The notes beneath the pieces are model-generated. The model made no database searches, was not told where the DNA came from, and was given only the letters and a program-made list of their open reading frames with translations. This document shows, in pieces, positions 41,887 through 51,300 of a stretch of DNA of 64,000 nt. This DNA comes from an uncultured Candidatus Rokubacteria bacterium (GTDB lineage Bacteria > Methylomirabilota > Methylomirabilia > Rokubacteriales > CSP1-6). Numbering within the stretch: the stretch's first letter is position 1; each line of letters opens with the position of its first letter. The translations under genes and the position numbers were made by a program. Where the stretch lies: positions 416,001-480,000 of the forward strand of contig CAVVEU010000024.1 in assembly GCA_963747235.1 (NCBI GenBank). The letters are read 5' to 3'.

Positions 41887-42596
41887 GGCTTGGCCAGGCC
41901 CGCCGCCACGACGGCTTCGGCCAGCGCCCAGTCCTCCGGCGTGTCGATGTCGATCCCCTCGATCGTGTCGGTGGGCAGCGGGCGCAGCCGGGGCGGGAAG
42001 AGTCGCCGGTGCGTGGTGAGCGCCGCGCGGGTCACCAGGTAGAGCGTGCCGTTCGGGGTGAGGAGCGGCCGCGCGTCCTGGCGGCGCGTCACGTCGTCCC
42101 ACGCGGCGAGGGGCTCGAGGCGCCCGCCCGCGTCCGCGCGATACATCACCGAGAGGCTCCGCTCGATGCGGCGGACCCCGATCACGCCTTCGGTGTCGGG
42201 CTGCGCCAGCAGCTCCAGGGCCTGACGCAGCCGCTCCGGCCGCCGGAAGGGACAGGTCGGCTGCAGCAGCATCACCGCGCTGGCGGTCCACCCCGCGTTG
42301 GCCTCGAGCCAGCCGATCGCGTGGTCCACGACCTCCAGCATGCCGGCCGCGTCGGTGGCGAGCTCGGGCGGGCGCAGGAACGGCGCGTCGAGCCCGTGGG
42401 CGCGGCCGACCTCCGCGATGGCCGGCGCGTCGGTGCTGAGGACGGCGCGGCCGGGCAACCCGGCCGCCGCGATCGCGCGCGCCGTCCATGCGAGAAGGGG
42501 CAGGCCGCCCAGGGGCCGCACGTTCTTGCCGGGGAGCCCCTTCGAGCCGGCCCGGGCCGGCACGAGGATCAGGAGACCTGGTGCCGGAGCGCCCAC
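41883..42596 (-). CDS. Acylneuraminate cytidylyltransferase 2 (start uncertain)
   Basis: PARAGSKGLPGKN, LRPPELATD, LLQPTCPFR, DIDTPEDW. Confidence 0.9.
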   Translation of the reverse strand: MGAPAPGLLILVPARAGSKGLPGKNVRPLGGLPLLAWTARAIAAAGLPGRAVLSTDAPAIAEVGRAHGLDAPFLRPPELATDAAGMLEVVDHAIGWLEANAGWTASAVMLLQPTCPFRRPERLRQALELLAQPDTEGVIGVRRIERSLSVMYRADAGGRLEPLAAWDDVTRRQDARPLLTPNGTLYLVTRAALTTHRRLFPPRLRPLPTDTIEGIDIDTPEDWALAEAVVAAGLAKP

Positions 42597-43786
42597 GCGG
42601 CGCCTTCGCGCTTCCAGAGGTGCGGAGAGCGGAACTGGTCCACCACCTCCCAGAAGCGCGCCTCGCTGATGCCCATGTAGTCGAGGTTCTCCTGGAACCA
42701 CTTCCGGGGGAATTCGCCGTCGAAGCGGCGCACCAGGGCGACGCCCTCGTCCCGGGTGAGGTGGCCGTTGCGGATCTCCTGGGCCGCGTCGTAGGAGGCC
42801 CGGCCGATGCCGAACTTCACGTAGGTGGTGAAGTAGTGGAGGCCGTCCATGCGGTCGTCGATGCTGTTGTACTTGGAGTACGTGCCCTCGGTGCGCTCGG
42901 TGTTGGCCTCGAAGCCGGCGTGCTCGACCGCGTAGTAGTAGCACTCCTGCGGCACCCACCGGAGGTAGTACCCCAGGTAGTGCACCTCCACCCGCTTCTC
43001 GGCCAGCAGCGCGGGATCGGCGGCCAGGTAGGGATCGAGGTCGCGCGGGGTGATCCCGTGCTCGGCGAGGGCGGGCACGCTCACCCCGCCCAGGTGCAGA
43101 TCCTCGAGCCGGGCCTCGCGCGTGAAGTAGCGGGCCTCGCGCTGCGCGGTGGCGGCTTCCCCGAGCGGGTTGCCGTACTCCACCTCGTTCTCCCCGTAGA
43201 CCACGAGCGGGATGTCGTGGAGCGCCGCGAAGCGAGGCGGCAGGCTCTTCTGGCCGAAGATGAAGGGCTGGAACGGGTGCAGGAGGTTCTCGAAGGCGAG
43301 CCGGGTGAGGGTCCGGTGCACCCGTCCGTTGGGCGTGCAGAGGTAGTTGTCGAAGCCCGCGTGCAGCCACGACTGGAAGTTGCGCCAGCCCACCTCCGTG
43401 TAGATGTGCGGCGCCCACGTCACGGTGAGCGGATTCATGCCGTACTTGTACTTGAGCAGGTGCGAGGCGTAGATGGAGTCCTTGCCCCCGCTGCCCGGTA
43501 CCAGGACGTCGTACCGGCCGTCGGTGCGACGGTGGCGCGCCAGCAGGTCGAGCAGCTCGCGCTCGCGCGCGGCCCAGTCGAGGCGCTCCTTCTCCTCCGC
43601 GAAGCGACAGGCCGCGCACACGCCGGCCGCGTCGAAAAGAATCGTTTCCTTCTTCGATTCGCGGGTGTGCGCGTATTCGACGGTGGACGAGGGACGCTGG
43701 TTGGAGATCACGCAGCGCGCGCAGAAGCGCACGTCCGTGGGCAGGCCGAACTTGGCCTCGAGCGGCGCGGGGACTTGATCGGGCAC
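42569..43786 (-). CDS. N-acetyl sugar amidotransferase (WbuX/PseA/PtmG/WbpG family)
   Basis: FCARCVISNQRP, CAAC, PP-loop SGGKDS, KFGIGRA, IRNGHLTRDEG. Confidence 0.92.
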   Translation of the reverse strand: MPDQVPAPLEAKFGLPTDVRFCARCVISNQRPSSTVEYAHTRESKKETILFDAAGVCAACRFAEEKERLDWAARERELLDLLARHRRTDGRYDVLVPGSGGKDSIYASHLLKYKYGMNPLTVTWAPHIYTEVGWRNFQSWLHAGFDNYLCTPNGRVHRTLTRLAFENLLHPFQPFIFGQKSLPPRFAALHDIPLVVYGENEVEYGNPLGEAATAQREARYFTREARLEDLHLGGVSVPALAEHGITPRDLDPYLAADPALLAEKRVEVHYLGYYLRWVPQECYYYAVEHAGFEANTERTEGTYSKYNSIDDRMDGLHYFTTYVKFGIGRASYDAAQEIRNGHLTRDEGVALVRRFDGEFPRKWFQENLDYMGISEARFWEVVDQFRSPHLWKREGAAWALRHQVS

Positions 43787-43796
43787 GCGGATCGCC

Positions 43797-44462
43797 TCAG
43801 CTCCGGGCCACGAAGACGCGGAGAATGGCCAGCCCCACCTCGCCGCTCTTCTCCGGGTGGAACTGGCACCCGGTGATCGGGCCGGCGGTGATCGCGGCCG
43901 AGACCGGCACGCCGCCCAGGTCGATGTCGGCCAGCCGGTGGCGCGGGTCGACGGGATGCGCGCCATAGGAGTGGACGAAGTAGGCGAAGTCGCCCGGCTT
44001 GACCGCGGCGAAGAGGCTCTCCGCCCACGGTACGCCGCCGGCGGCCGGCTCGAGACGGCACCAGCCGACATTTGGAATCTTGTAGGAGCGGAGCGTGCCG
44101 CGCGCGCCCGCGGCGGGCGCGGGCAGTCGGTCCACCCGTCCCGCGATGAGACCGAGCCCTGGATGATGGCCGAACTCGGTCGAGGCCTCGAGCAGGAGCT
44201 GCATGCCGAGGCAGACGCCGAGCAGGGGGCGGCCGGTCGCGGCGAAGGCCAGCACCGCCTCGTCGAGGCCGCGGGCCCGGAGGCCCTCCATGGCGTCGCC
44301 GAAGGCGCCCACGCCGGGGAGGATGAGCTGCTCGGCGGCGCGCACGGTAGCCGGCTCGGTGGAAAGCCGCGGCTCGCCGCCGACCGCGGCCACCGCCTGG
44401 GAGACGCTCCACAGGTTGCCGCGGCCGTAGTCCACGATCACCACGGGACGCGCCGCGCTCAC
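43797..44462 (-). CDS. hisH: Glutamine amidotransferase, HisH-like (WbuY-type)
   Basis: VDYGRGNL, LPGVGAFG, GVCLGMQ, YFVHSY, QFHPEKSG. Confidence 0.9.
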   Translation of the reverse strand: MSAARPVVIVDYGRGNLWSVSQAVAAVGGEPRLSTEPATVRAAEQLILPGVGAFGDAMEGLRARGLDEAVLAFAATGRPLLGVCLGMQLLLEASTEFGHHPGLGLIAGRVDRLPAPAAGARGTLRSYKIPNVGWCRLEPAAGGVPWAESLFAAVKPGDFAYFVHSYGAHPVDPRHRLADIDLGGVPVSAAITAGPITGCQFHPEKSGEVGLAILRVFVARS

Positions 44463-45223
44463 GCCGAGCTCCGCACCGGCACGTGGGCCTGGGCCAGCCT
44501 CGCCTTGATCTCGCCCACCGTGTACTTGCCGTAGTGGAGCATCGAGGCCACCGCCACCGCGTCGGCGCCCGCCTCGGTGATGGCGCGGCAGGCGTGCTCG
44601 GGGGTGCCCGCGCCGCCGCCCGCGATCACCGGCACGTCCACCAGCGCGGTGATCCGGGCGAGGAAATCGAGGTCCATGCCCTTCTGGGTGCCCTCGCGAT
44701 CCACCGAGGTGATGAGCAGCTCGCCGGCGCCCAGCTCCACGCCACGCCGAGCCCAGTCGAGCGCGTCGAGGCCGCTCCGCTCGCGGCCGTTGTCGGTGTA
44801 GGCCTCCCAGCGGTCGGGAGCGATCTTCTTGGTCTGGATCGAGAGCACCATGCACTGGCTGCCGAAGGCCAGGGAGACCTCGCGGATCAGCTCGGGCCGC
44901 GCGACCGCCGCGGTGTTGATCGCCACCTTGTCCGCGCCGCTGCGCAGGGCGTCGCGCACGTCCTCGAGGCGGCGAAGGCCCCCCGCCACCGTCATGGGCA
45001 CGAAGACCGCGGCCGCGGTGCGCCGGACGACCTCCAGGATATTGTTCCGGCCATAGAGGCTCGCCACGATGTCCACGTAGAGGATCTCGTCGGCGCCCTC
45101 CGCGTAGTAGCGCTGAGCGAACTGCTGGGGATCGCCCATGACCCGCAGGCCCTCGAGGTGGATGCCCTTGACGAGGTTCGGGCCCTTCACGTCGAGGCGG
45201 GCGATGACCCGGGCGGCCGGCAT
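44459..45223 (-). CDS. hisF: Cyclase subunit, HisF-like (WbuZ-type)
   Basis: IARLDVKGPNLVKG, GADKVAINTAA, GAGELLITSVDREGT. Confidence 0.9.
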   Translation of the reverse strand: MPAARVIARLDVKGPNLVKGIHLEGLRVMGDPQQFAQRYYAEGADEILYVDIVASLYGRNNILEVVRRTAAAVFVPMTVAGGLRRLEDVRDALRSGADKVAINTAAVARPELIREVSLAFGSQCMVLSIQTKKIAPDRWEAYTDNGRERSGLDALDWARRGVELGAGELLITSVDREGTQKGMDLDFLARITALVDVPVIAGGGAGTPEHACRAITEAGADAVAVASMLHYGKYTVGEIKARLAQAHVPVRSSA

Positions 45224-45237
45224 GCCTGGATCGCGCC

Positions 45238-46232
45238 TCAGTCGAGATCGACGAAGCGCCCGGATGCGCTCGAGCGCGCGCAGGCGTCGATGATGCGCTG
45301 CACGCGATAGCCCGCCCGCAGGTCCACCAGGGGCGGCCGGCCGTTCTCGACGCAGGCGAAGAAGTGCTCGATCTCGTCCACGTACATGCGGTCGTAGGCG
45401 GGCTCGAAGCTCCAGCTCTCCCACTTGCGCGCCTTGTGGTCGTAGCAGCGCACGGTGTGGCCCTCGAGGTCCACCAGCACCGTGCTCTCGGTGCCGATCA
45501 GCTCCACCTCGCTCCGCGCCGACCGGTCCACCATGTCGAGGTGGATCGAGCCGACCGACGCGAGCGCCGAAGCGGACGAGCGCCTCGCACACGTCGTCGG
45601 TCTCGACCTCCAGATCGCTGAAGGTGCCGACCACCGCGGAGACCGCGGTGATCGGGCCGCAGAGCCACTGCATCCAGTCGAAGGCGTGGCATTCGTCCAG
45701 GAGCACGCCGCCGCCCTGGTCCTTCTTGGCCATGTAGAAGGAGCGATAGTCCTCGTAGGGGTGCCAGTCGGGCAGGTAGACCCCGGTGAAGCTCCGCGCG
45801 GTGACGAGGCGGCCCGCGCGGCCGGCCGTCGAGCAGCTCCTTGGCCTTCTGGAGCGGCTGGAAGAAGCGCATGCAGAAGCCGGTCATCGCGGTGAGCTTC
45901 TTCTGCTCCATCAGGTCGAGCAGCTCCGGGATGCGGTCGAGGGTGTGCGAGACCGGCTTCTCCACGAAGAGGTGCAGGCCCCGGCGGGCCAGCGCGAGCG
46001 CGGGATCCATGTGATAGGCCGTGGGCAGGCAGATGAAGCCCACCTGGTACCGCTCGGCGGCGAGCGCGGCCTCGAGTGACGGGTGGAGCGGGACGCCCGG
46101 GTGCTTGGCCGCGATCTCGGCGCGCCGGTCCTCCCGCGTCTCGACGACCGCGGCGGTGCGCCCGGTGGCGAGGAGGTTGCGCAGGTGCCGCTTGCCGATG
46201 GAGCCGCCGCCGACGACGAGAGCGGTGATCAT
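45238..46232 (-). CDS. Gfo/Idh/MocA oxidoreductase (frameshifts)
   Basis: GGGSIGKRH, FVEKP, YLPDWHPYEDYR, GGGVLLDECHAFD. Confidence 0.85.
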
Positions 46233-47245
46233 GACAGGAGCATATCCTCGGTGATGGGCGTGTGATGGGAGATGGCCCGGGCGGTCCGCCGGCCGAGCAC
46301 GGCGGGCAGCGCCGCGGGCGAGAGGCCGGTCCCCGGGCGGAGCACGTCCAGATCCTCGCGGGTGAGGATCGCGCCGCCGGGCAGGTCGCGCGCGGCGACC
46401 AGGCTCTTGCGGGCCACGTCGCGGACCGGGAGCTCGCTCGGGGCCGGCCGCTTGACGCCGTCGCCCAGCGCGGCCTCGACGTCGCGGATGGCCGCCACCA
46501 GCGCCCGCAGCTCGTCCGGCAGCAGCGAGGCCTGATGATCCGGGCCGGGCAAGCTCCGATCGAGCGTGAAGTGCTTCTCGATGTAGGCGGCCCCGCGCGC
46601 GACGGCCGCGATCGACATGGCGAGGCCCGTCGAGTGGTCCGACAGCCCCACGGGAGCGCCGAAGGCGCGCGCGAAGGTGTCCATCACCTTCAGATTCGTG
46701 AGCGCAGGATCGGCCGGATAGTTGCTGACGCACTGGAGGATGGCCAGGTCGGTGGCGCCGGCCCCACGGAGCGTCGCCACCGCCGCCTCGACCTCGGCCA
46801 TGTCGGCCATGCCGGTGGAGAGCACGACCGGGAGTCCGAGGGCGCCGACCACTTCGAGCATCGGCAGGTTGGTGACGTCCCCCGAGGAGATCTTGATGCG
46901 CCGGACGCCGAGCCGCTTCAGATAGCGGGCGCTCTCCGGATCGAACGGGGTGGACATGAACTCGATGCCGACCTTCGCGCAGTGGGCGAAGAGCATCTCG
47001 TGGTCCGCCGGGGAGAGCTCGAGGCGCGCCAGCATCTCGTACTGGCTCTGCTCGCTCCCGGTGGCGCGCTGCTGGTACTCGGCCTTCGCCGCGCGGCGGG
47101 TCAGCAGCCGATCCACCGCGAAGGTCTGGAACTTGACCGCGTCGGCCCCCGCCGCCCCCGCGACGTCCACGAGGGCGCGCGCGAGTGCGGGATCACCGTT
47201 GTGGTTGACGCCGGCCTCGGCAATCACGAACGTCCGGGAATTCAC
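46229..47245 (-). CDS. neuB: N-acetylneuraminate/nonulosonate synthase (start 47245 or 47254)
   Basis: IAEAGVNHNG, ADAVKFQTF, STPFD, LSTGMA, GLSDHS, IEKHFTLD, C-terminal SAF domain RPGTG. Confidence 0.95.
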   Translation of the reverse strand: MNSRTFVIAEAGVNHNGDPALARALVDVAGAAGADAVKFQTFAVDRLLTRRAAKAEYQQRATGSEQSQYEMLARLELSPADHEMLFAHCAKVGIEFMSTPFDPESARYLKRLGVRRIKISSGDVTNLPMLEVVGALGLPVVLSTGMADMAEVEAAVATLRGAGATDLAILQCVSNYPADPALTNLKVMDTFARAFGAPVGLSDHSTGLAMSIAAVARGAAYIEKHFTLDRSLPGPDHQASLLPDELRALVAAIRDVEAALGDGVKRPAPSELPVRDVARKSLVAARDLPGGAILTREDLDVLRPGTGLSPAALPAVLGRRTARAISHHTPITEDMLLS

Positions 47246-47283
47246 TTGACGCATGTTACACCAACGTGTTCAACTTGTGAACA
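47246..47283. promoter_or_regulatory. Overlapping divergent promoters with palindromic operator TGTTCA-N5-TGAACA (47267-47283)
   Basis: Perfect 6-bp inverted repeat; + strand TTGACG at 47246; minus strand TTCACA-N17-TAACAT. Confidence 0.6.
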
Positions 47284-47289
47284 TTCTCC

Positions 47290-47928
47290 ATGCAGCGCCA
47301 GAACGAGCGGAACCTCGAGATCCTGACCGCCCTCGGCGAGGGGGCGCCGGTCACCCAGCGCGCCCTGGCCGAGCAGCTCGGCGTGGCCCTGGGCCTGGCC
47401 AACCTCTGCCTCAAGCGCCTGGCCGGCAAGGGCCTGATCAAGATGATGGAGTTTCCGGCCAAGCCGGCGGCCCGCAAGCGCCTGCGCTACGTCCTCACCC
47501 CGAAGGGGGTGGCCGAGAAGACGCGTCTCTCGTACGAGTACATGGCGTATTCCCTGCGGCTCTTCCGGCGCACCCGTGGCAATCTCCGGGAGACGATGGG
47601 GCGGCTGCACGCCGACGGCGTGAAGCGCTTCGCGCTCTGTGGGGTCGGGGAGGCGGCCGAGCTGGCCTATCTGACGCTGCGCGAGTTCGGGCTGGAGCCG
47701 GTGGGCATCTTCGATGGGGCGGCGGGGGGTCAGTTCCTGGGATTCCCGGTCCGGCCGCTCCGGGAGCTGGCCGGAGAAGAGATCGATGGGGTGATCGTGG
47801 CCACGTTCGACCGGCCCGAGCAACGGGTGGCGGAGCTGGGCCGGCTGGGGGTCCCCGCCGGGAAATGTCTCACCCTGCGACGGCTGGCCGATCCGGTCGC
47901 CCAGGCCGAGGAAAGGACACGGGGATGA
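47290..47928 (+). CDS. EPS-associated MarR/winged-helix transcriptional regulator with C-terminal Rossmann-like domain
   Basis: TQRALAEQLGVALGLANLCLKRL..KG, YVLTPKGVAEK. Confidence 0.85.
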   Translation: MQRQNERNLEILTALGEGAPVTQRALAEQLGVALGLANLCLKRLAGKGLIKMMEFPAKPAARKRLRYVLTPKGVAEKTRLSYEYMAYSLRLFRRTRGNLRETMGRLHADGVKRFALCGVGEAAELAYLTLREFGLEPVGIFDGAAGGQFLGFPVRPLRELAGEEIDGVIVATFDRPEQRVAELGRLGVPAGKCLTLRRLADPVAQAEERTRG

Positions 47929-48143
47929 AGGAATTCCTGAAAGGCAATTACAAGGTCGACACCGAGATCAAGGAGACCGTGGACGATGAGCGCTCCCAGC
48001 TCGAGACCGAGTTCGAGCGGAAGGCGCTCTCTCGCCTCGGCGGCAGCATCTGCTTCGTGAGCAAGAAGGGCTTCATCTGGAACGGAGACCAGGAAGGCGA
48101 GGCGAAGAGTGGAGCTGGGAAAGAAGATCGCAAGGAGGCTTGA
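47925..48143 (+). CDS. Small 72-aa hypothetical protein
   Basis: ATGA-coupled to the regulator; strong GC3 codon bias over the first ~60 codons (MKEFLKGNYKVDTEIKE...). Confidence 0.6.
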   Translation: MKEFLKGNYKVDTEIKETVDDERSQLETEFERKALSRLGGSICFVSKKGFIWNGDQEGEAKSGAGKEDRKEA

Positions 48144-49116
48144 AGGCGCGACCTTCGAGCGAATCGCCGCCGCCGGCCTCGCGAACGCCGAGTTGAACCA
48201 GCCGAGCATCCGCCGCTCCGTGCTGGACCTCGGCAGAGAGCCGCTGGGCGAGGGTGACGCCGCGGTGGTGGTCGCAGCCGGCCCGAGCCTGCGGCGGCGG
48301 GGAAGCCTCGAGCGCCTTCGCGCCTCCGGCTTCCGCGGCGCCATCGTGGCCGCCGACGGCGCCCTCGGCGCCTGCCTTCGCGCGGGCATCGTCCCTCACG
48401 TGGTGGTCAGCGTGGATCCGCACCGCGGCCGCATCGTGCGCTGGTTCGGCGACCCGGCGCTGACCGCCGCGCCCACCGACGACTACTTCCGGCGGCAGGA
48501 GATGGACGCGGCCCACTCGCGCGACGAGCTCGGCGCCAACCGGGTCCTGGTGGAGCTGGTGAACCGCCACGGGCCCGCGATCCGCGCCGCGGTCGCGACC
48601 TCGGCGGCGCCCGAGGTCACGGCGCGCTGCGCGCAGGCGGGCATGGCGCTCTACTGGTGGAATCCGATGTACGACGACCACGACGCGGCGGAGAGCCTCT
48701 CGCGCCGGCTCCATCGGATGAACGGGCTGCCCTGCATCAACGGCGGCGGCAACGTGGGCACCGCGGCGTGGGTGCTGGCCCACGCGGTGCTCGGCAAGCG
48801 GCGGGTAGGCATCGTGGGCATGGATCTCTCCTACACGCCCGACACGCCGTACGAGAAGACGCAGTACTACCCCGAGCTGGTGGAGCTCTTCGGCGACGGG
48901 TTCAAGGACGCCTTCATCCACATGGAGAACCCAGCCCTGGGCGAGACTTGGTTCACCGACCCCGCCTACTACTGGTACCGGGAAGTCTTCCTTCAGATGG
49001 CCGGAGAAGCCGGGTGCGAGACCTATAATTGCACGGAGGGGGGCCTGCTCTTCGGCCCCGGCATCCACTCGGTTCCGCTGGAGGATTTCGTGCAAGCCGT
49101 CGGGAAAGGGAGCTGA
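48109..49116 (+). CDS. MptE-like/Maf (DUF115) domain protein
   Basis: VVAAGPSL, IVAADGA..GIVPHVVVSVDP, GGNVG, IVGMDLSY, YNCTEGG. Confidence 0.85.
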   Translation: MELGKKIARRLEGATFERIAAAGLANAELNQPSIRRSVLDLGREPLGEGDAAVVVAAGPSLRRRGSLERLRASGFRGAIVAADGALGACLRAGIVPHVVVSVDPHRGRIVRWFGDPALTAAPTDDYFRRQEMDAAHSRDELGANRVLVELVNRHGPAIRAAVATSAAPEVTARCAQAGMALYWWNPMYDDHDAAESLSRRLHRMNGLPCINGGGNVGTAAWVLAHAVLGKRRVGIVGMDLSYTPDTPYEKTQYYPELVELFGDGFKDAFIHMENPALGETWFTDPAYYWYREVFLQMAGEAGCETYNCTEGGLLFGPGIHSVPLEDFVQAVGKGS

Positions 49117-49122
49117 TCGGCC

Positions 49123-50645
49123 ATGGCCAAGGTGCTGTTCATCAATCCGATGATTCGCGAGGAGGACGATCCCCGACACGTCCCGTACGGGATCGCCCTG
49201 CTCGCGGCCATCGCCATGCGCGATGGCCACTCGGTCCAGGTCTTCGACGCCAATGCCTGGCGCACGTCCGATGCGGTCGTGGCCCAGGTGCTCCAGGCCG
49301 ACCGCTGGGACGTCATCGGCATGGGCGGCATCACCACCGCGTACCGCTCGATCAAGCACATCACCGCCATGGCCAAGGAGCTGGCGCCCCAGGCGCTCCT
49401 GGTTGTGGGCGGCGGCTTCCTCACCAGCATGCCGAACGACATCATGCGCTTCCTGCCCCACGTGGATCTGGGCGTGGTGGGCGAGGGCTTCATCTCGTTT
49501 CCGGAAGTGCTGCGCCGGGTGGACGCGGGCAACCGCGACTGGGCCGCCGTCAAGGGCCTCATCTGGCGGGAGCCGTCGGGGCGCGCCCGGCTCAACCCCG
49601 AGCAGCCGCTGCTCGAGGATCTCGACAGCCTGCCCTATCCGGCCTGGGAGCTCTTCCCGCTGGAAGAGGTCTACTTCAAGAACAGCATGGCCCTGTTCTC
49701 GGAGGAGGGCATGGTGGCCCGGCGCCGGCTCGACATCAACGCGAGCTACGGCTGCTCGCTCATCTGCCGGTTCTGCTTCCACCTGGGATCTCGGGCGACA
49801 TGAAGATCAACGAGACCAGCGACGGCGATCGTGAGACCAGCTTCACCTACGATCGCAAGATCCGCTGGCACAGCCCGCGCTACATCGTGAACCTCGTGAA
49901 GTACGCGCGCGAGCGCTTCGGGGTGGACTTCATCGGCTTCCTCGACGAGAACCTGATGACCATGCACCAGTTCTCGGGGAAGAAATGGCTCACCGATATC
50001 GCGGACCTCTGGATCTCGGAAGGGCTCCAGCCGCAGTGCGTGCGCGATGGAGTGGACCACGACCCCGACCGCTGCCACGGCGTGCACTGGGGCGGGACGA
50101 GCCACGCCACCCTGGTCAGCCAGCACGTGCTGAAGGTGATCAAGCAGGCCGGTTGCACGCACCTGGTATACGGCTACGAGTCCTTTTCGCCGCGGGTACT
50201 CAAGACGGTCGGCAAGGGGGCGACGCCCGCGACCAACGAGCGATCGCTGCGCTGGACGCTCGAGGCGGGGATCCGGCCGATCCCGAACCAGATGATCGGC
50301 TTCCCGGACGACGACTTCGACTCCATCCGCGACAACATTCATGCTTGGAACCGGCTGGGCCTCAACGTGAAGCCATTCTTTGCGACCCCATATCCGGGGA
50401 CCGAGTGGTACTACACGTACAAGAACCGCATCCTCGAGCAGTACGACGGGGATCTGGAGGCGTTCATTCTCGACGTGGGCGACGCCACCCGGATCACGGG
50501 CAACATCTGCAAGAAGTTCAACGCGGTGGAGCTCTACGGCCTGCGCGAGCTGATGGTTCTCCGCGACCTCAAGCGCATCGCCGCCTACGAGCGGGAGTGG
50601 AATCGCCTCCACGGCGTGGCCGAGCCCGCCACGCCGTCCGCCTGA
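49123..50645 (+). CDS. Cobalamin-binding radical SAM protein (frameshift near 49790)
   Basis: PYGIALLAA B12 domain, VVGEG, GCSLICRFC (CxxxCxxC), YGYES, ATPYPGT. Confidence 0.9.
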
Positions 50646-50649
50646 CCGC

Positions 50650-51300
50650 TTGGCTGGCCGTCTGCTGATCCTGGGCGCGGGAGGCCACGGTCGCGCCGTC
50701 GCCGATCTGGCCCGGGCGTGCGGCTTCACGGTGGCCGGCTTCACCGACCGCTCCTCGTCCGCCGGGACCCCGGGCGCGCCGGTGCTGGGCACCGACGCGG
50801 AGCTGGCCACGCTCATCGGCGCCCAGCAGATCGACGGCGGGGTGGTCGGCGTCGGCAACACCGCGCTGGCCCGCCGGGCCCAGCTCCACGACGTGCTGCG
50901 GGCGGCCGGGGTTCCCCAGCCCGCCCTGGTCCATCCGCGCGCGGTCGCGTCACCCTCCGCCGAGGTCGGCGCGGGCTCGGTCGTGTTCGCGGGCAGCGTG
51001 CTCGGCAGCGGGGTGCGGATCGGGGTCAACGTGGTGCTCTACAGCGGCGTGGTGGTCGAGCACGAGTGCGCGATCGCCGATCACGCCTATCTCTCGCCCG
51101 GCGTGGTCCTCTCCGGTCAGGTGATGGTGGAGGAGGGCGCCTTCATCGGGGTGGGCGCGGTCGTGCTGCCGGGCCTGCGCATCGGGGCGGGGGCGGTGGT
51201 GGCCGCGGGGGCGGTCGTGACCGTGGACGTCTCGCCGGGGCAGACCGTCATGGGCGTGCCGGCCCGCCGCAGCCCGCTCCGGAGAAAGCGGATGAAGCCG
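50650..51300 (+). CDS. NeuD/PglD-type sugar acetyltransferase (3' end uncertain)
   Basis: LGAGGHG, VHPRAV, EHEC, hexapeptide repeats, GVPAR. Confidence 0.85.

Noticed and set aside
43797-45223. Histidine biosynthesis operon
   Set aside because: hisH and hisF flank an N-acetyl sugar amidotransferase and no other his genes are present; this is the WbuXYZ-type ammonia-supply arrangement.
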